Origin: Camelus ferus | Lineage: Eukaryota | Reading direction: 5' to 3' | Length of the DNA stretch: 64,000 nt | Assembly: GCF_009834535.1 (NCBI RefSeq) | Contig: NC_045697.1 | Span: 91,948,001 to 92,012,000, forward strand | In this document: positions 11,062 to 23,948 of the stretch, piece by piece | Numbering within the stretch: position 1 is the stretch's first letter | Layout of the letters: each line of letters begins with the position of its first letter | Program-made: the position numbers and the translations under genes | Notes under the pieces: generated by a model | Seen by the model: only the letters and a program-made list of their open reading frames with translations | Told to the model about the DNA's origin: nothing | The model's database searches: none

Positions 11062-14000
11062 GTAAGTACTAAAATGATGGATTACTTATAAAGTGGAAAT
11101 ACATATGTGTAAATTAGGTTTAGAAAAACCCCAAAACAAAACTCACAGTTAAAAGGCTTATTTTTATTGATTAATTAGATAGTTCAAGCAGGTAACAGGC
11201 TTCTAAAAGAATAGTGGTGTTTTCCATGAGAAAGAATGGGAAGAAATTACTATGAGAATTTTACAAAAAAAAAAAAGGGGGAGTGTTTGTAATCTTAACC
11301 TATATAGCAACTTCTCATTACTTGAATGATACAGTTAGTAAGAACATATTTCAGTGAGGTGTTCTCCCCTGTTGAATGGTCTGGTGTCTTGTGTCACGTG
11401 GAGTCAGGAAGCAGATAAATAATTATTTTATGAAATCAGTCAAGAAATACTTATGAAGGTTCAGAAAAAATAAAATGGACTTAAATGTCAACCAACATAT
11501 TAAAAAGTAGTATTTTTTTACTGTTAATCTTTGAGGAAAGTTTATCCTCTCTCAACTGTAAATGCTATACTTCTAGTAATCCTGCAATGCCATAGTTCCT
11601 CTGTATTCTCAAGAAAAACTCTAGTTGTTCAGTGTATCTTATTGATGTGCATGTAGTCACACATCATAAAAATTTAATAGGGCAGATTTGACATAGCAAA
11701 ATGTAAAATAGGAATACACTTTTATTTTAAATAAAAATAAAATTCTTCAAATCTTTTATTTTAAAAATTTAAAAATTCATCATTTCAAAGTTGGCATTTT
11801 GAATTAATTGTAAACTGTATTTATGCTTTGCCACATGGCAGAAGTATTTTCAAACTGTGTTTATGTATATCAAGATGTCTGTGAGTGTTTTTGCTATTTG
11901 CTGTTTTTAAAGCAAGGCTATTATAATTTAAAAGCATTTTGAAAATATGCTATATAGCAAAGTCATAAAAGCAGCCATTAAATGATGGTACTAACCTGAA
12001 GTGCTGACATTTTTTTCTGAAAAATCGACAACTTTAGAATAAAAAGACATGAAATATTGTGTGACTATATTATTTATGAATATATTGTGTTTTAAAATGC
12101 AATTAAAAACAAAAATATGCTATAATGGCTACGGATTTGTGATCCTTCAATTATTCCTTCTACTTTGTAGTTACTCTTCTGGGAAAATTTTCTGGGATTA
12201 GTGAATTTAAATGATCATTCAAATAAAATACAACTGATCTTAACTTTTTAAAATCAAGGACTGATAATATGTGTAGAACACTGAGCATCCATGTTAGGGT
12301 GTACATAGTTATAGTCTAAAGTAGAATCCTGAAATTTTATTGAAACTGTATTTAAAATGGTCTAAAACTTTTGCTTCACTGTTTTGAAATGACAAGTTTA
12401 ATCACTTCCTAGGAAGGTAAGTGGGACAACCATAGTTGAATTACATCAACCATAACTCATTCCAGGCATGGACTGGCCCCTTTCTCCCCAGAAAAACACA
12501 GTCAAGTGCAAGAGAATAGATTTCTGTTAAGAAGGGAAAATGGAAAATGGGTGAACTATATGCCATGCCTGTTGGAAAGAACATAAGAAAGAGAAAAGGA
12601 AGGTATATGTGCAATTGGGGTTGCAGAGGAATTGCCTTAATCCCACTAAAGCTCCTATTTCTCTCTCATAAACACACACATACATGCACATACAGCTTAT
12701 GCATGTTGTACATATTCAAAAAAGGTAATTTTTTCATATTCCTTAAGTAGATGTATGCATCTATTGTTCTTTTCAAACATATTGAGATGACCAAGTTTGC
12801 GATTTACTCAGTGGTGGATTAGCTGTGCAGGCTCTGCTTTTTCAGTGGTGAAAGAATTCTTGTCTCATGATGATGCTATGACTTTTTCTCAACTCCAAAT
12901 ATCTGCATAAAGGTCTCATTTTATACTCTAGTGTTAGAATTGCCAGGGTCTCAACACCAAAATATTAACTATTTGAATTTTTTTAACTGTATTCCTAGTT
13001 TTCCTCAGACTAACTATAAAGATAGAAAGATTACATTTTAGGAAAATATCTGACTTCATCCGCAACTATCTGTTCTCATAAGACCTCACTGGCTGTGTTT
13101 CACTCCAATGCACTGTTAAAATAGTGTCGATTTTATTTCATGCTTCACATATCTGACTTTATTTTATAGGTGGAATGTTCTCTAGAATGGTTGAACTGCT
13201 CTTTGGAGTCATACAGGGTAAAATTCCAGACCCATGCTGTCCTGTGTGCTTGTGCCTCCATTAGAGATAATCATGCTGAGCCATAATTTCAACTAACATT
13301 GTTGGCTTGATGACATGCAGGTTTACTTTTTCATCTTAACAGACCTGGAAGAGGGAGGAAGAGAAGCAATTTTTGGTTTGATGAGGTGCCTAGCTGACAC
13401 TTAGGCCTGGATTTCTAAAATGTCCTGAAGCTAAATTCAGAAGAAACGGAGTTAATTTTTGGTAGGTCCCTGCTGCCTTTTGAATGCCACTTTATCCACT
13501 ACTATTGGTTTTGATAGGGCTATTACATAACCTGTTATTATTAAGTTCTATAACCTTGGGCTGTCTGTGATTGTGAACTTTCTCTTGATAACCAGCTCAG
13601 ATGCTTTTTACTATTTTGGTTCTGGGGCAGACTTGGGATAATACATATCCATAAGGTTCTGCTGTATCAATTTGTACTAACTGCTTTGAATTGCAATTAA
13701 AATTTATTTAGACTTGGGAGAGGCTTGCAGATTCCTAAATGTCCAGTTAAGGCCATTTATTAATGGTTAAAATGTCATAGGATGCCAAGAACAAACAAGA
13801 AGAAGATGAATACCTCCTTTCCTGGTAACATTTTCTTCACCTTCCTGTCCTATCATATAGATTAATGTGTTGTTTTGGGAAAGGGCTGAAATTGGATAAT
13901 ACTCTGAAAGGCTGAGTTGAGGAGAAAAGAGTTTCGTGGAACCCATATGTCTTCATAAAAAATGTTGACTTTTGAGACAGGCTGAGGTGTAGCATTGTCT

Positions 14001-15210
14001 GTTTTGCAGATGGCTGATAGACTGAAAGAGGACAATAAAATCTCCAAGGTTACTCACATTCAGATTGACCTTTGCTTTCATTTAAGTTGCCTTCGAATCA
14101 CAACTACACAGGTAGTGGTAACAGAGGAGTCACAATATGATATGGAAAACAGAGCAAAAGTAATACCAGCTTAGGTACCAAATTAAGCAAGTAATATAAA
14201 TATTAAACAGAAAATGCTTACAGTTCCTCTTGCTGTGTTAGTGAAGAGCTTGGAATAGATGAGAAATGGGATAGGTCTCAATATGTGTGACAGTAGCCTG
14301 ACCAAGTTTGTTAAAACTGAAATATAGAGTGACAATGAACTAGAAAAGCTGGCAATATATAGAATAATGGCAAGACATTGGATTGAATAGAGAGAGTCGA
14401 GTGGTAATAACAACAAATGAAGTTACAAAGAATACTAAAGCTGGCCTGGGTGAACCTTGGAGGGAAAACTGTGGCTTCATCTTGTGCTGCAAAATTTCAG
14501 TGAATAAATAGAATAAATGTTCATAGGTAAAGCATGTAAGTCTTATGAGGGTTGTCTGAAAAGGGTCGGTGAAAGAAAATGACTACCTATCATTTTAGAA
14601 AACATGGGAAATAAATACTATTTCAACCAGAGTTAGACATTTTGAGAGAAGAAGGAGAAATCCACCAGAATTAGGACACATGATAGAGAAAAGAAAATTG
14701 TGCTTAAGACAACAACATTCTATAAGAGAAATCTGACTGCATAAGAGTTTATTGAGGCTCTAGTAGTGTTAGTATAGCAATGTATGTATAGGTTGGTTAA
14801 GAAGCCTTTAGCTATAGTAATTTAAAAGCCAGTTTAAAGTAAGGACATTTACTGCCTCACACAATTGGTAGTCCAGTGTTAGGTCTTCCTAATTGTCTTG
14901 ATTAGTGACATAACTCAGCTTTACTTCTTAGATGTTCTTTAATCTTTAAGAGGGCAGCAAGTTGGATTTAGTTATTCTGGCTTTATATTCATGCATAGCA
15001 CAACCCATAGGAAGAAAAATTATTCCCTTTTGAGATCAAGGCTTGGTTTCTAAGAAGTCTCTAAAAGACTTCCTTTCAGGTCACACTGGATAACTTGCAT
15101 CTAATAGGCACCCAAAATGGATACATGATAGGATTAACATGAATTCACTCAGGTCTACTCTATAGCTGAATTCTCTGGGCTCACTTGTGAAAGACAACAA
15201 ATAAACAAAT

Positions 15211-15385
15211 TGTATTAATTTGGAGCATTTAGAGTTTTCTGTGATAACAACTCTAAAAATCTCAGGGCATAAGGCAACAGTGGTTCCTCACTTGCTATCT
15301 CCATATCATTTTGGTGTACTCACTCTGGGAGTTAGACTAAAGGAGCATCTCCTATCTGGAAGACTCTATTGTGAATTATATTGAC
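15211..15385 (-). mobile_element. MLT1J/H-like LTR, first part (split by L1)
   Basis: TGTATTAAT...CTGTGATAACAACTCTAAAAATCTCAGGGCATAAGGCAACA; MLT1-like sequence resumes at ~17552. Confidence 0.5.
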
Positions 15386-15389
15386 TTAT

Positions 15390-17550
15390 GTTTTTAAAAT
15401 ATCATTTAGTCAGACATAAACAAAATAAAATAAAATTCACTCATTTAAAGTGCTAAATGAAATAAGTTTTGATGTCTACATCAATGAAGTTCCTGCCTTG
15501 ATCAAGATATGAAACATTTCCATCAAACTCATTTCACCCTTTGTACTCTCCCTCCACTCCCTGCCTCATGCAGCAAACTGATCTGTTTTTGTTACTATGA
15601 TTTAACTTAAATTTTCTAGAATTCTATATAAATGCAGTCATGCAGAATACATTTTTGTGTGTCTGGCTTTTTCATTTAGTACAATGATTTTGAGGTTCAT
15701 TCATGTTGTTGCATGTATTGATAGTTAATTCCTTTTCATGCTTACTCGTATTCCATTGTCTTCATTTACCACATTTTGTTTTTTCATTCACCTTTGAGTA
15801 ATTTTCTGCTTTTGTCTATTTTGAATCAAGCTGTATGAACATTCATGTATGTCTTTTTGTGGATATATACTCTTTTCTCTTACGTAAATATTATAATTTT
15901 ATTTTTAAACATTTATGTGTATTTAAAATAAATTAACAGTAAAATAGTGTTTTATATTTATCCACATAGTTATTATTTCAGATGCTTTTCATTTCTTCTT
16001 GATGATCTAAGTTTCCTTCTGGTATCATTTCTCTTCAGCCTTAAAGAATGTCCTCGAGTAATTTTTCCTTTTTTTGGTACAGTTTTGTTAGTGATAAATC
16101 TCCTTAGTTTTATTTTACTTGAAAATATACTTTCTTGTCCTTGATTAATTAAGGAGATTTTTGATGAGTTCAAAATTCTGGAGTTTCAGTCTCTTTTTGT
16201 CATCTCTTTAAAGATACCGTTCCACTGTTTTCTGGCTTCTATAGTTTCTAATGAAAAGTCCACAATAATTCAAAGATTTTCTCTTAGTTTTTGCATGTTA
16301 GTAGTTTGATTATGATGAGCCTAGGTTTGGTTTTCTTTGTTTCTTTCTGTGTTGCATCTTCTTCAATAGACAAGTTTATGTTTTTCAACAAATTTGGGGG
16401 AATTTTCCATCATTATTTATTTAAGTATGTATTTTTTAATTCTCACGTTTTTCTTTCTCTTCCTTTGACTCAAATTACATGCATGCCAGACTTTATAAAT
16501 ACTGCCAAACAAGTCCCTGAAGTTCTGTTTATTTTTTCTCTATTATCTTTCAATCGGATATTTTCTAATGATCTATTTTCATTTTCATGTTGAAATAGAT
16601 TTTTTTCTTCTGTCATCTCTATTCTGCCCTTAAACTAATCCATTAACCTTTACTTTTCATTTTAGATCTTGTATTTTTCAGCTACAAAATTTGGTCTATT
16701 TTTATAATTTCTATTTTTCACTGAGAATTCCTACCTTTCTACTTACTAGAATTGCATATTCCTTTACCATATTAAATACAATGGTCATATTTATAATAGC
16801 TGCTTTAAAACCCCTTTATTATGATTTCAACCTTGGTATCATATCCAAATTGGTGTCTGTTGGTTTTTTTCTTTCTTCCTTAAGAATAGGTCACTTTTTT
16901 GTTGTTGTTCTTGGTATTTCAAATAATTTTTTATTATTTTCTTAATATTATAATTGCTATGCTTTGGAAACTCTGGATGCTGTTATATTGCTTTAAAAGT
17001 TTTGATGTTTTTATTAGAAGATAATTTTCATGTACTCAATCAAAAAGTTCTGTCTTATTTTTGAAAATTTGGGGCAGCTTGGATTTTAATCTCTTATTTT
17101 AGACTTCAATATAAACTGATTTGTTTCTGGGCTGATCATTCACAGTTCAAAGAAAGATTTGGATAGTGTTTATTCTCAGAACCTAGAACTTCCTTTATTT
17201 GTTTTTCTTCTTTCCTGCGTTTCTCTTTTACTTTTAATTGGTAATGGGTACTCTAGACTCTATCCTCTGGATTCTCAGGCCAGAAAGATTGTGAGTTTTC
17301 TCTTTGAATTTTAGCTTCCTTGTATATTGACATGACTATGTTATGCCCTCAGTATAAACCCATAAAAATTGGGACCTACCTGGTTGTGGTCCTTTCTTTC
17401 AAGTTTTCACTCCTTTAAAATTTGTCTGCTCTTTCCCTATTCTTTAGAGCTTTTGTTTTGTTCTCTTAATATTTCATGCAGAGTTTAAAGTTGTTATATG
17501 TGGGAGGGTAGGACTTTTAAAAGCTCACTCCACTGTACCAGAATAAGAAA
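15390..17550 (-). mobile_element. Old L1M sequence (3'-end piece ~15390-15890, then ORF1/5'-region piece ~15900-17550)
   Basis: AAAATTCACTCATTTAAAGTG...TTCATTCATGTTGTTGCATGTAT (L1M 3' end antisense), then TTCCACTGTTTTCTGGCTTCTATAGTTTCTAATGAAAAGTC (L1 ORF1 antisense). Confidence 0.75.
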
Positions 17551-17551
17551 T

Positions 17552-17728
17552 CTACACTGGCTTTTAAAGTTTCTGCTTGATAGAAACATAAGTAACTTTC
17601 ATTCATGTTTCTTTGACTAAATGAAGCTGTATGGCCATGCGTATCTTAAAGAGGGCAGGGATTGTAATCCTACAATGTGTCCATAGATGAGAGGGTCTTA
17701 ATATTTGTAAATAGTCTTGATGACTACA
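17552..17728 (-). mobile_element. MLT1J/H-like LTR, second part
   Basis: CACTGGCTTTTAAAGTTTCTGCTTG...TGTAATCCTACAATGTGTCC...ATATTTGTAAATAG...GACTACA. Confidence 0.5.
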
Positions 17729-18801
17729 GGCTAACACATCTCAGAATTATGGGAAGGAGAAATGCACCTAAACTTTATTCAAGGGATCCACTTTGACATT
17801 CTACAAAATGGTGGATACACTTGTTTCAGGAAATGGAGAAAAGATTAGATAATGGTGCTCAAGGATATTTTAATCCTTGTGTGTGAAGTTTCAATTTTGT
17901 ATAAATAAAACATATTCATGTACTAGTTGTGTAATAAGATCATAACTTTTTAAAGAGATGAGTTTGAGTATTTGGAGGAAGGATCAAAAGGCAAATGGTT
18001 AGCAGCAGAAACTTATTTTTGTATTATGACTATTTTAGATTTTATGATTAGCAATATCTTCTTACTCTTCAGGCTTTTAATGCAAAAAATAGATGATAAA
18101 CAAAGGAAATAATAATATCTAAATGATTATGGTATTGTTACAAAATAAATTTTTATTTCAGTATTCTTAAGGCCTTTATTTAGAGGATACTTCCCAGAGA
18201 ATTTAACTGAGGTATACTGCATGTGTAATTTAAAACTTATTAGTAATTATTAATTAAGTATAAAGATCAAAGTTTAATTGCCCAGTAGTTATTAAATAAT
18301 TTACTTGGGTTTCCAAAGAATAATGTAAATATTATTCAGTGATTTATATACTATATAACCTAATATTTAAAACTTAATAAATATTTATATCATAATAATA
18401 TATCATATGAAAAATCTATAATTAGATATATGAATGCCATTATCAAATAAAACATTTAATTCATTAGTTTCATAAATATTTCACTAATATAACTCATTGA
18501 GTAGAAAAAAACAGTAAATTTACAAAATATCAGGTTTTATCATATTAAATAAAATGCAACTAGTTATTTTTCACAAGAAAATATTGATCTTATACAATTT
18601 TAAAATTTTCCATTAAAATGCTAATGATCATTTCACCTGAAAGGAAAATAATGTCAGTTCAAATAAATACGTATAATCTGTATAGTTTCCTGATTTCAGC
18701 ATGTGTATCTATTTCTGTAATTTTAAATTAAAAATATATATTGCATAAGCTAAATTTCAGGCTGAAATTTTTGTGAGGTTTTCTAAATTTACCAGTTATA
18801 T

Positions 18802-18835
18802 ATCGCTTCTCAGCCTTTTGGCTAAGATAAGTGCA
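18802..18835 (+). pseudogene. RNU2: 3'-truncated, tailless U2 snRNA retropseudogene (U2 nt ~1-35)
   Basis: ATCGCTTCTCAGCCTTTTGGCTAAGATAAGTGCA versus U2 5' end ATCGCTTCTCGGCCTTTTGGCTAAGATCAAGTGTA; flanked by a perfect 17-bp direct repeat AAATTTACCAGTTATAT (18785-18801, 18836-18852). Confidence 0.93.
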
Positions 18836-18859
18836 AAATTTACCAGTTATATGGCTGTT

Positions 18860-19440
18860 ACAAAGGATCTCATTGTTTATTATTTGCATTTTCTTGATGT
18901 CCAATGAGATTGTCTTTTTATATCTTTATTGGTAAACAGAGTTGTATGAATTATCTAGTCTCATCTTTTGTCCACTTTTCTGTTGAGTTTGTTTGTTGCT
19001 TAATGATCTGTAGAGATTTTTTGTGTATCTTAGGTATTAATAATTGGTTGGGTATCTGTGTTATTATTTTCATACTCTGTGTCATATCATTTTACTTTAT
19101 TTATGATCTTTGATAAACAAACTTTATCATTTTATTGTGGTCAGTTTCATTCAGTATACTTTTCCTTCATAGGTTTTTTTTCCTATGTCTTATTAATGAA
19201 AAATTCTAAAGGTTTTCTCCTGTAACTTTTCTTAGATTTCTTAAAGTTTTCTTTCCCCTTCTTGGTGTTTAACACACCCAGGGTTGATTTTTTGTGGGAT
19301 TTGAGTAAAGAATCTATTGTTTCCTGTTTGGATAAATGATTGCACAAGCAACATTTCTTGAATATGTGTATCTTTTCTGGTCCCCTGACATGGGATATCA
19401 CCTCAGTATGTACTAAGGACACATCTTTCATATGGTCACT
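18860..19440 (-). mobile_element. Old L1 (L1ME-like) fragment
   Basis: ATCTCATTGTT...TTTGCATTTTCTTGATG; degenerate antisense ORF2. Confidence 0.6.
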
Positions 19441-19499
19441 CTTTTATAATATCCTTCTTTTTACTATTTCCTCCTTTTTAACTTTGAGAAATGATTTTG

Positions 19500-19960
19500 A
19501 GGGGAAATATACCACTCACTATTTATACTCTTATGAAATACCCTCCCCTTCAGTGTGGAATGTGTTTAATAACTTCTACTGAATAGAATGCGGCAGGGGT
19601 TATTAGGTTATAAAATGTCAGTGGCTTCTCTCTTGGAAATTCTTTCTCAATTTCTCTCTGATTCCTTATTCAAGGAGAAATAATCTGCACGTCATGGATT
19701 TGGAGAGCGTTTGGCAAGGAACTGATATCTTGAGCCAGTAGCTAGTGACAGTCTCCTAAGTGACCTTGGAAGTGAGAGTGGGAGGGATCCAGTTGAGTCA
19801 TGAGATAATTGCAGATGAACCAAAACTTTGATTGTAGCTATTAAGACCTTGAGACTTTGAGGCACTCACTAAATCATTCCTGGACTCCGGAACCAAAGAA
19901 ACTGTGGGATTATAAATGTTAGGTGTTTTACATTGTTAAATTGGGGGGTAATTTGTTAAC
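19500..19960 (+). mobile_element. MaLR LTR (MLT1E/F-like)
   Basis: CCCTCCCCTTCAGTGTGG...GAATAGAATGCGGCAG...AGAAACTGTGGGATTATAAATG...TTGGGGGTAATTTGTTA. Confidence 0.65.
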
Positions 19961-19989
19961 TCTCATCCTTCTTTACGTACAACTGTAAT

Positions 19990-20150
19990 CTTGATATTCA
20001 AAGTGTAGTCCATGGACCAGCAACATCCAGGAAGTTTTTAGAAATGCAGAATCTCAGGCCCCTCCCATGACCCACTAAATCAGAATCTGAATTTCAATAA
20101 ATTCCCCAGGTGATTTTTAGACTAATTATAATTGAGATGTTCTAGTCTAG
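19990..20150. mobile_element. MER5A-like hAT MITE
   Basis: TCAAAGTGTAGTCCATGGACCAGCA...TAGAAATGCAGAATCTCAGGCCCC...AATCAGAATCTG...CCCCAGGTGATT. Confidence 0.8.
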
Positions 20151-21071
20151 AAAGAATTGTTCTTTTCACCAGATTTAGGGAGTAGTTATCAAAAAATTGC
20201 TTGCTGATAAAATAACAGAAAAGACTATTGATGATAAATAAAATTTCTCAGAAAAGAAGGATTAAGATTGGGTAAAAAGAAAAATTTTCCTGAAGATATG
20301 AGACTCTCACATGGTTAATTACTAGCCCCATGGAATTTGAACTTTGAAATGCAAAGAAGAAACAATGATGAAATCATTGGTTTACTTCCATAAGAAGTGG
20401 AGTTTGACAAGATAAATGATAGAGAGGCAAAATGAACAGGAAAGGTTTTCATGAAAAACTTTGACCATTTTACTGTGACAGCCAACATTTCAATATGTTA
20501 TATCCCTTTAAGACATGAACTCCAAACCCTTACTCTCCAAGGATGTTTTGTCAATGTATTTGTCTTAATAGAAATCTAATCAGTTTGAGGGTTTTTTTTT
20601 TTTTTAATGTTCTCTTTTTCTTAATTCAGAAAAATGGCCCACTGTGGGATCTTGTAAGTGAATAACTTGCTTAAACATAAGCCTTCAGAAGTTGAAGTTT
20701 AATAATTACCACCTCAATTTTTGTGATTTTGAGAAAGAATATTAATATTTGTGTGTGTGTCCTCCATTGAATTTTAAGGTTCTTTAGCAAAAAAATGTAT
20801 GTTTTAAAATGATTTCTTAAAAATATCTGCATCTCCAATAATAGGGGGTTAAACAAATTATGTTAAACCACTCAGTGAAATACTTGGCCACTATTAAAAT
20901 GATGCTGAAGAACCTTTTGATGATATGGAAAGATATGCAATATATTAAAAAGCATTTTACAAACCAGAATACATGGCAGAACATCACTGCATTAAATGTA
21001 TGAAGGAAAATACACCACAACGTTCTTAGCAGTCTATATATATATATGTTCTGGGATTATGGGTGGTTTTA

Positions 21072-21736
21072 CAGTTGTTTCCCCTTATCTGTGGGGAATA
21101 CATTCTGATACTCAGTGGATGCCTAAAACTTGCATAGAACTGAGCCTTCTGTATTATATGTTCTTTTCATATATTTAAAAACCTATGATAAAGTTTGATT
21201 TATAAATCAGGCACAGTAAGAGATGAACAATAATAACTAATAATAAAATTGAACAGTGATAACCATACTATAATAAAAGTTATGTGGCCATGCTCTCTTT
21301 CTCTCTCTCTTCAAAATATGTTACTATACTGTTGTATTCACCTTTCTTCTTGTGATGATGTGAGATGAAAAAATGCCTATGTGATGGGATGAGGTGAGGT
21401 TAATGACATAGACATTGTGATGAAGTATGAGGCTACTGTTGACTTTCTGACCGTATGTCAGAAGGAAGATCATCTGCTTCAGGTGATCCTAGATTGTGGA
21501 ACCATGGCATTGTCAATGGTTGGATGCCAGGAGCAGACAATGTCAATGACTGTGGATATTGGGTGGCTCAGAATGGGACAGCCTGTGATTTTGTCATGCT
21601 ACTTAGGTTGGGGCCCATTTTAAAGTGTGTGAATTGTTTATTTCTGGAATCTTCCATTTGGTATTTTTGGACTGCAGTTGACCACAAGTAACTGAAACCT
21701 TGGAAAGGGAAACCGTAAAATAAAGGGGGACTACTG
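21072..21736. mobile_element. Tc1/mariner Tigger7/MER44-like element
   Basis: Terminal inverted repeats CAGTTGTTTCCCCTTAT... and ...ATAAAGGGGGACTACTG, flanked by TA on both sides (21070-21071, 21737-21738). Confidence 0.85.
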
Positions 21737-22049
21737 TACATCTTTATTGATAGTTTCTAAATGTTTTCATTGTATTTATATTTTTAAAGTAAAATTTTAA
21801 TATTTATGTTTTCCATTTCTACATTTTATAGTGGTTTGTAAATTATGGTAGTCTATGGCAGAGCTCAAGCTTAATTCTGTATAATGTATTCTGTTTACTT
21901 GTGGAAGGTGATATCTGCCAGGTATTATGAAGTTACTGTTTTACCTTTTGAAATAAATAAGTACTTAATGGGGTACTACCTTTAGACCTTCTTAATATCC
22001 TTTCAAACTTTCATTTCATTTACTTATTTATTAAATTAATATGGAAATA

Positions 22050-22930
22050 TGTATTTTAATTTTATTTAGTAAGTTTTAAGTCTTTACTATTTTTCATTTT
22101 GATGCTCAAGTAGTCTCTGATTTGACCAGTGAGAGCCTTTTTGATAATGATAGTGTTTGATTCCTTTATTATTTAATCACTTTCTTTCTGGCATAAGAAA
22201 GTATTTCAGACCTTCCAGGTACTTTCCTTCCTCCAGCCTTGGAATTAACCCTTTCCTCAATGAGTTCTCATGCCTTTTAGTGAGAATGTGTTTAGACACC
22301 AATATTTGGGAACTAGATGTCTTCATTGCTATGGCCATATTGTAGCTAACAGGCAGTGAGAGGTCCGGCTCCTGTTATTTTCCATATATTGATTTTTGAT
22401 ATCTATCTCCATATATCTAACCAACCTTTTGTCACTATCCCCACATATCAGTCCCTGGTCACAGTGTGGAATCTACACCTTCTCACTGTTTGGATTCCAA
22501 CACCCTATCCTGAGCCTCCTCCTTCTCAGGTGACTTCAACACTTTTCTTAGTCTCCAAACCATTTACTGGGGCACCTGCCCACCCATTGACTCCCTCTTC
22601 TCTCTACTTAAGCTCTAAATCCTCCACTGGGTTGATTCTGACACCATCCACTACTCCTGCATGAATGCTTTTCTCAGGTCACTCACAGTGAGTATCTTGC
22701 ACGGGTCACTGTCCTTATCCTGCTCATGCCAGAACCCCACCTCTCCTCCGCACAGACTCTCTCCTTACTCTGTTCAGGTTCCTCTTCTCTCCTCAGCAAA
22801 AGCCCAGCCACCCCATTTTGACACCCTACACTAGCCCCCATAGCTCAGCATTAAAAAATGGTTTTTTGACTGAGTTGTCCACAAAGAAAAAAAGGGGGAA
22901 AGAAAGAAAAGAGGTAAAGGAAAAGGAGGA
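22050..22930 (-). mobile_element. L1MC4/L1ME-like 3'-UTR fragment
   Basis: TTTGATGCTCAAG..GATTTGACCAGTGAGAGCC, then C-rich degenerate subrepeats and TTTTGACTGAGTTGT.CA..AAG. Confidence 0.55.
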
Positions 22931-23589
22931 GATTTAATATATTTTCAGTGAATTACTCATTTGCTAAATCAATCACAGCTACTTTTTATCCTCTGTAAAT
23001 AAAAAAATTGACCAAAACACACTGTAAGAAAGAACTTCCATTCAGGCAAGGACTTTTGTAGACAATGTATACACCTACTAAAGAAATAAGCCAATTATCT
23101 CTTCTATAGCCTGTGTTCTAAAATCCACCTACTATTTTATAAGAAATAAACAGTCAATGCAAAACAGATATTTGAAGAAATATGATACGATGACCTCAGA
23201 GAAAACAAAGTGCAAGAAAAACAAAGAAAACATAAAAAAAAGTTAATTTAATTTGTGACTGTGGAGACAGTTGAGAAGATACTATATACATAAAAACAGA
23301 ACAAGATTCTATGAGGAAGGGAGGGAAGGGGAAGGAAGGGAGGAAAAGTGTAGGTTGGACGGAAGACTACTTCCTAGGGCTTTACCCAGAACAAGGCACT
23401 TGTCTCCTCTGTTCTCTGATGGCTAAACTTTTTTGGAATTTTTATATTCTTACCATTTTTTCTCAGCCAGTAGAGAAATGGGGCAAGTGATCAAGTCCTC
23501 CCTTCAGAGCATGCATACACTCTATTTACATATAATACACATATGTGTATATTTTTTACATCTATAGTCTTTGTACATAAAGACAATTT

Positions 23590-23825
23590 GGCCCAGTGAT
23601 AAAGAATACAAACTTTGGAACCTGGAGTCTGACTGCCTTGATTGGAATCTGTGTTCTGCCTCTGGTAGCTATGTGACCTAGGTAAGTTACTTAACTTCTT
23701 ACTGTGACTTGGTTTCTTCACCTGTAAAATGGGGATGATCGCAGAATTATAATGATTAAGTGGCAATATCAGTAAAGCACTCAAATGAGTGCTTAGCACG
23801 TGGTGGGTTCTTGTTTAGTATTATA
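23590..23825 (+). mobile_element. MIR SINE
   Basis: CTGGAGTCTGACTGCC...TAGCTATGTGACCTAGGTAAGTTACTTAAC...CTTCACCTGTAAAATGGGGATGAT. Confidence 0.85.
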
Positions 23826-23880
23826 CCAATACTCATTTATTTGTGTATTTTATGTTTACATCTACTGCTATACATTTGCT

Positions 23881-23948
23881 CTGTATGTTTAAAATTACAC
23901 ACACAGTAGAATTTCTGTATGTTTAAAATTACACATGCAGTAGAATTT
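23881..23948. repeat. Tandem duplication, 2 x 34 bp
   Basis: CTGTATGTTTAAAATTACACA(CA/TG)CAGTAGAATTT twice, 2 mismatches. Confidence 0.9.

Noticed and set aside
18073..18149. Possible terminal exon (CTCTTCAG|G, LLMQKIDDKQRK-stop, AATAAA at 18144)
   Set aside because: Very AT-rich context where such signals arise by chance; peptide not recognised
22400..22850. C-rich degenerate repeats and a Pro/Ser/Thr-rich ORF (22356-22664)
   Set aside because: Consistent with the subrepeat region of an old L1 3' UTR
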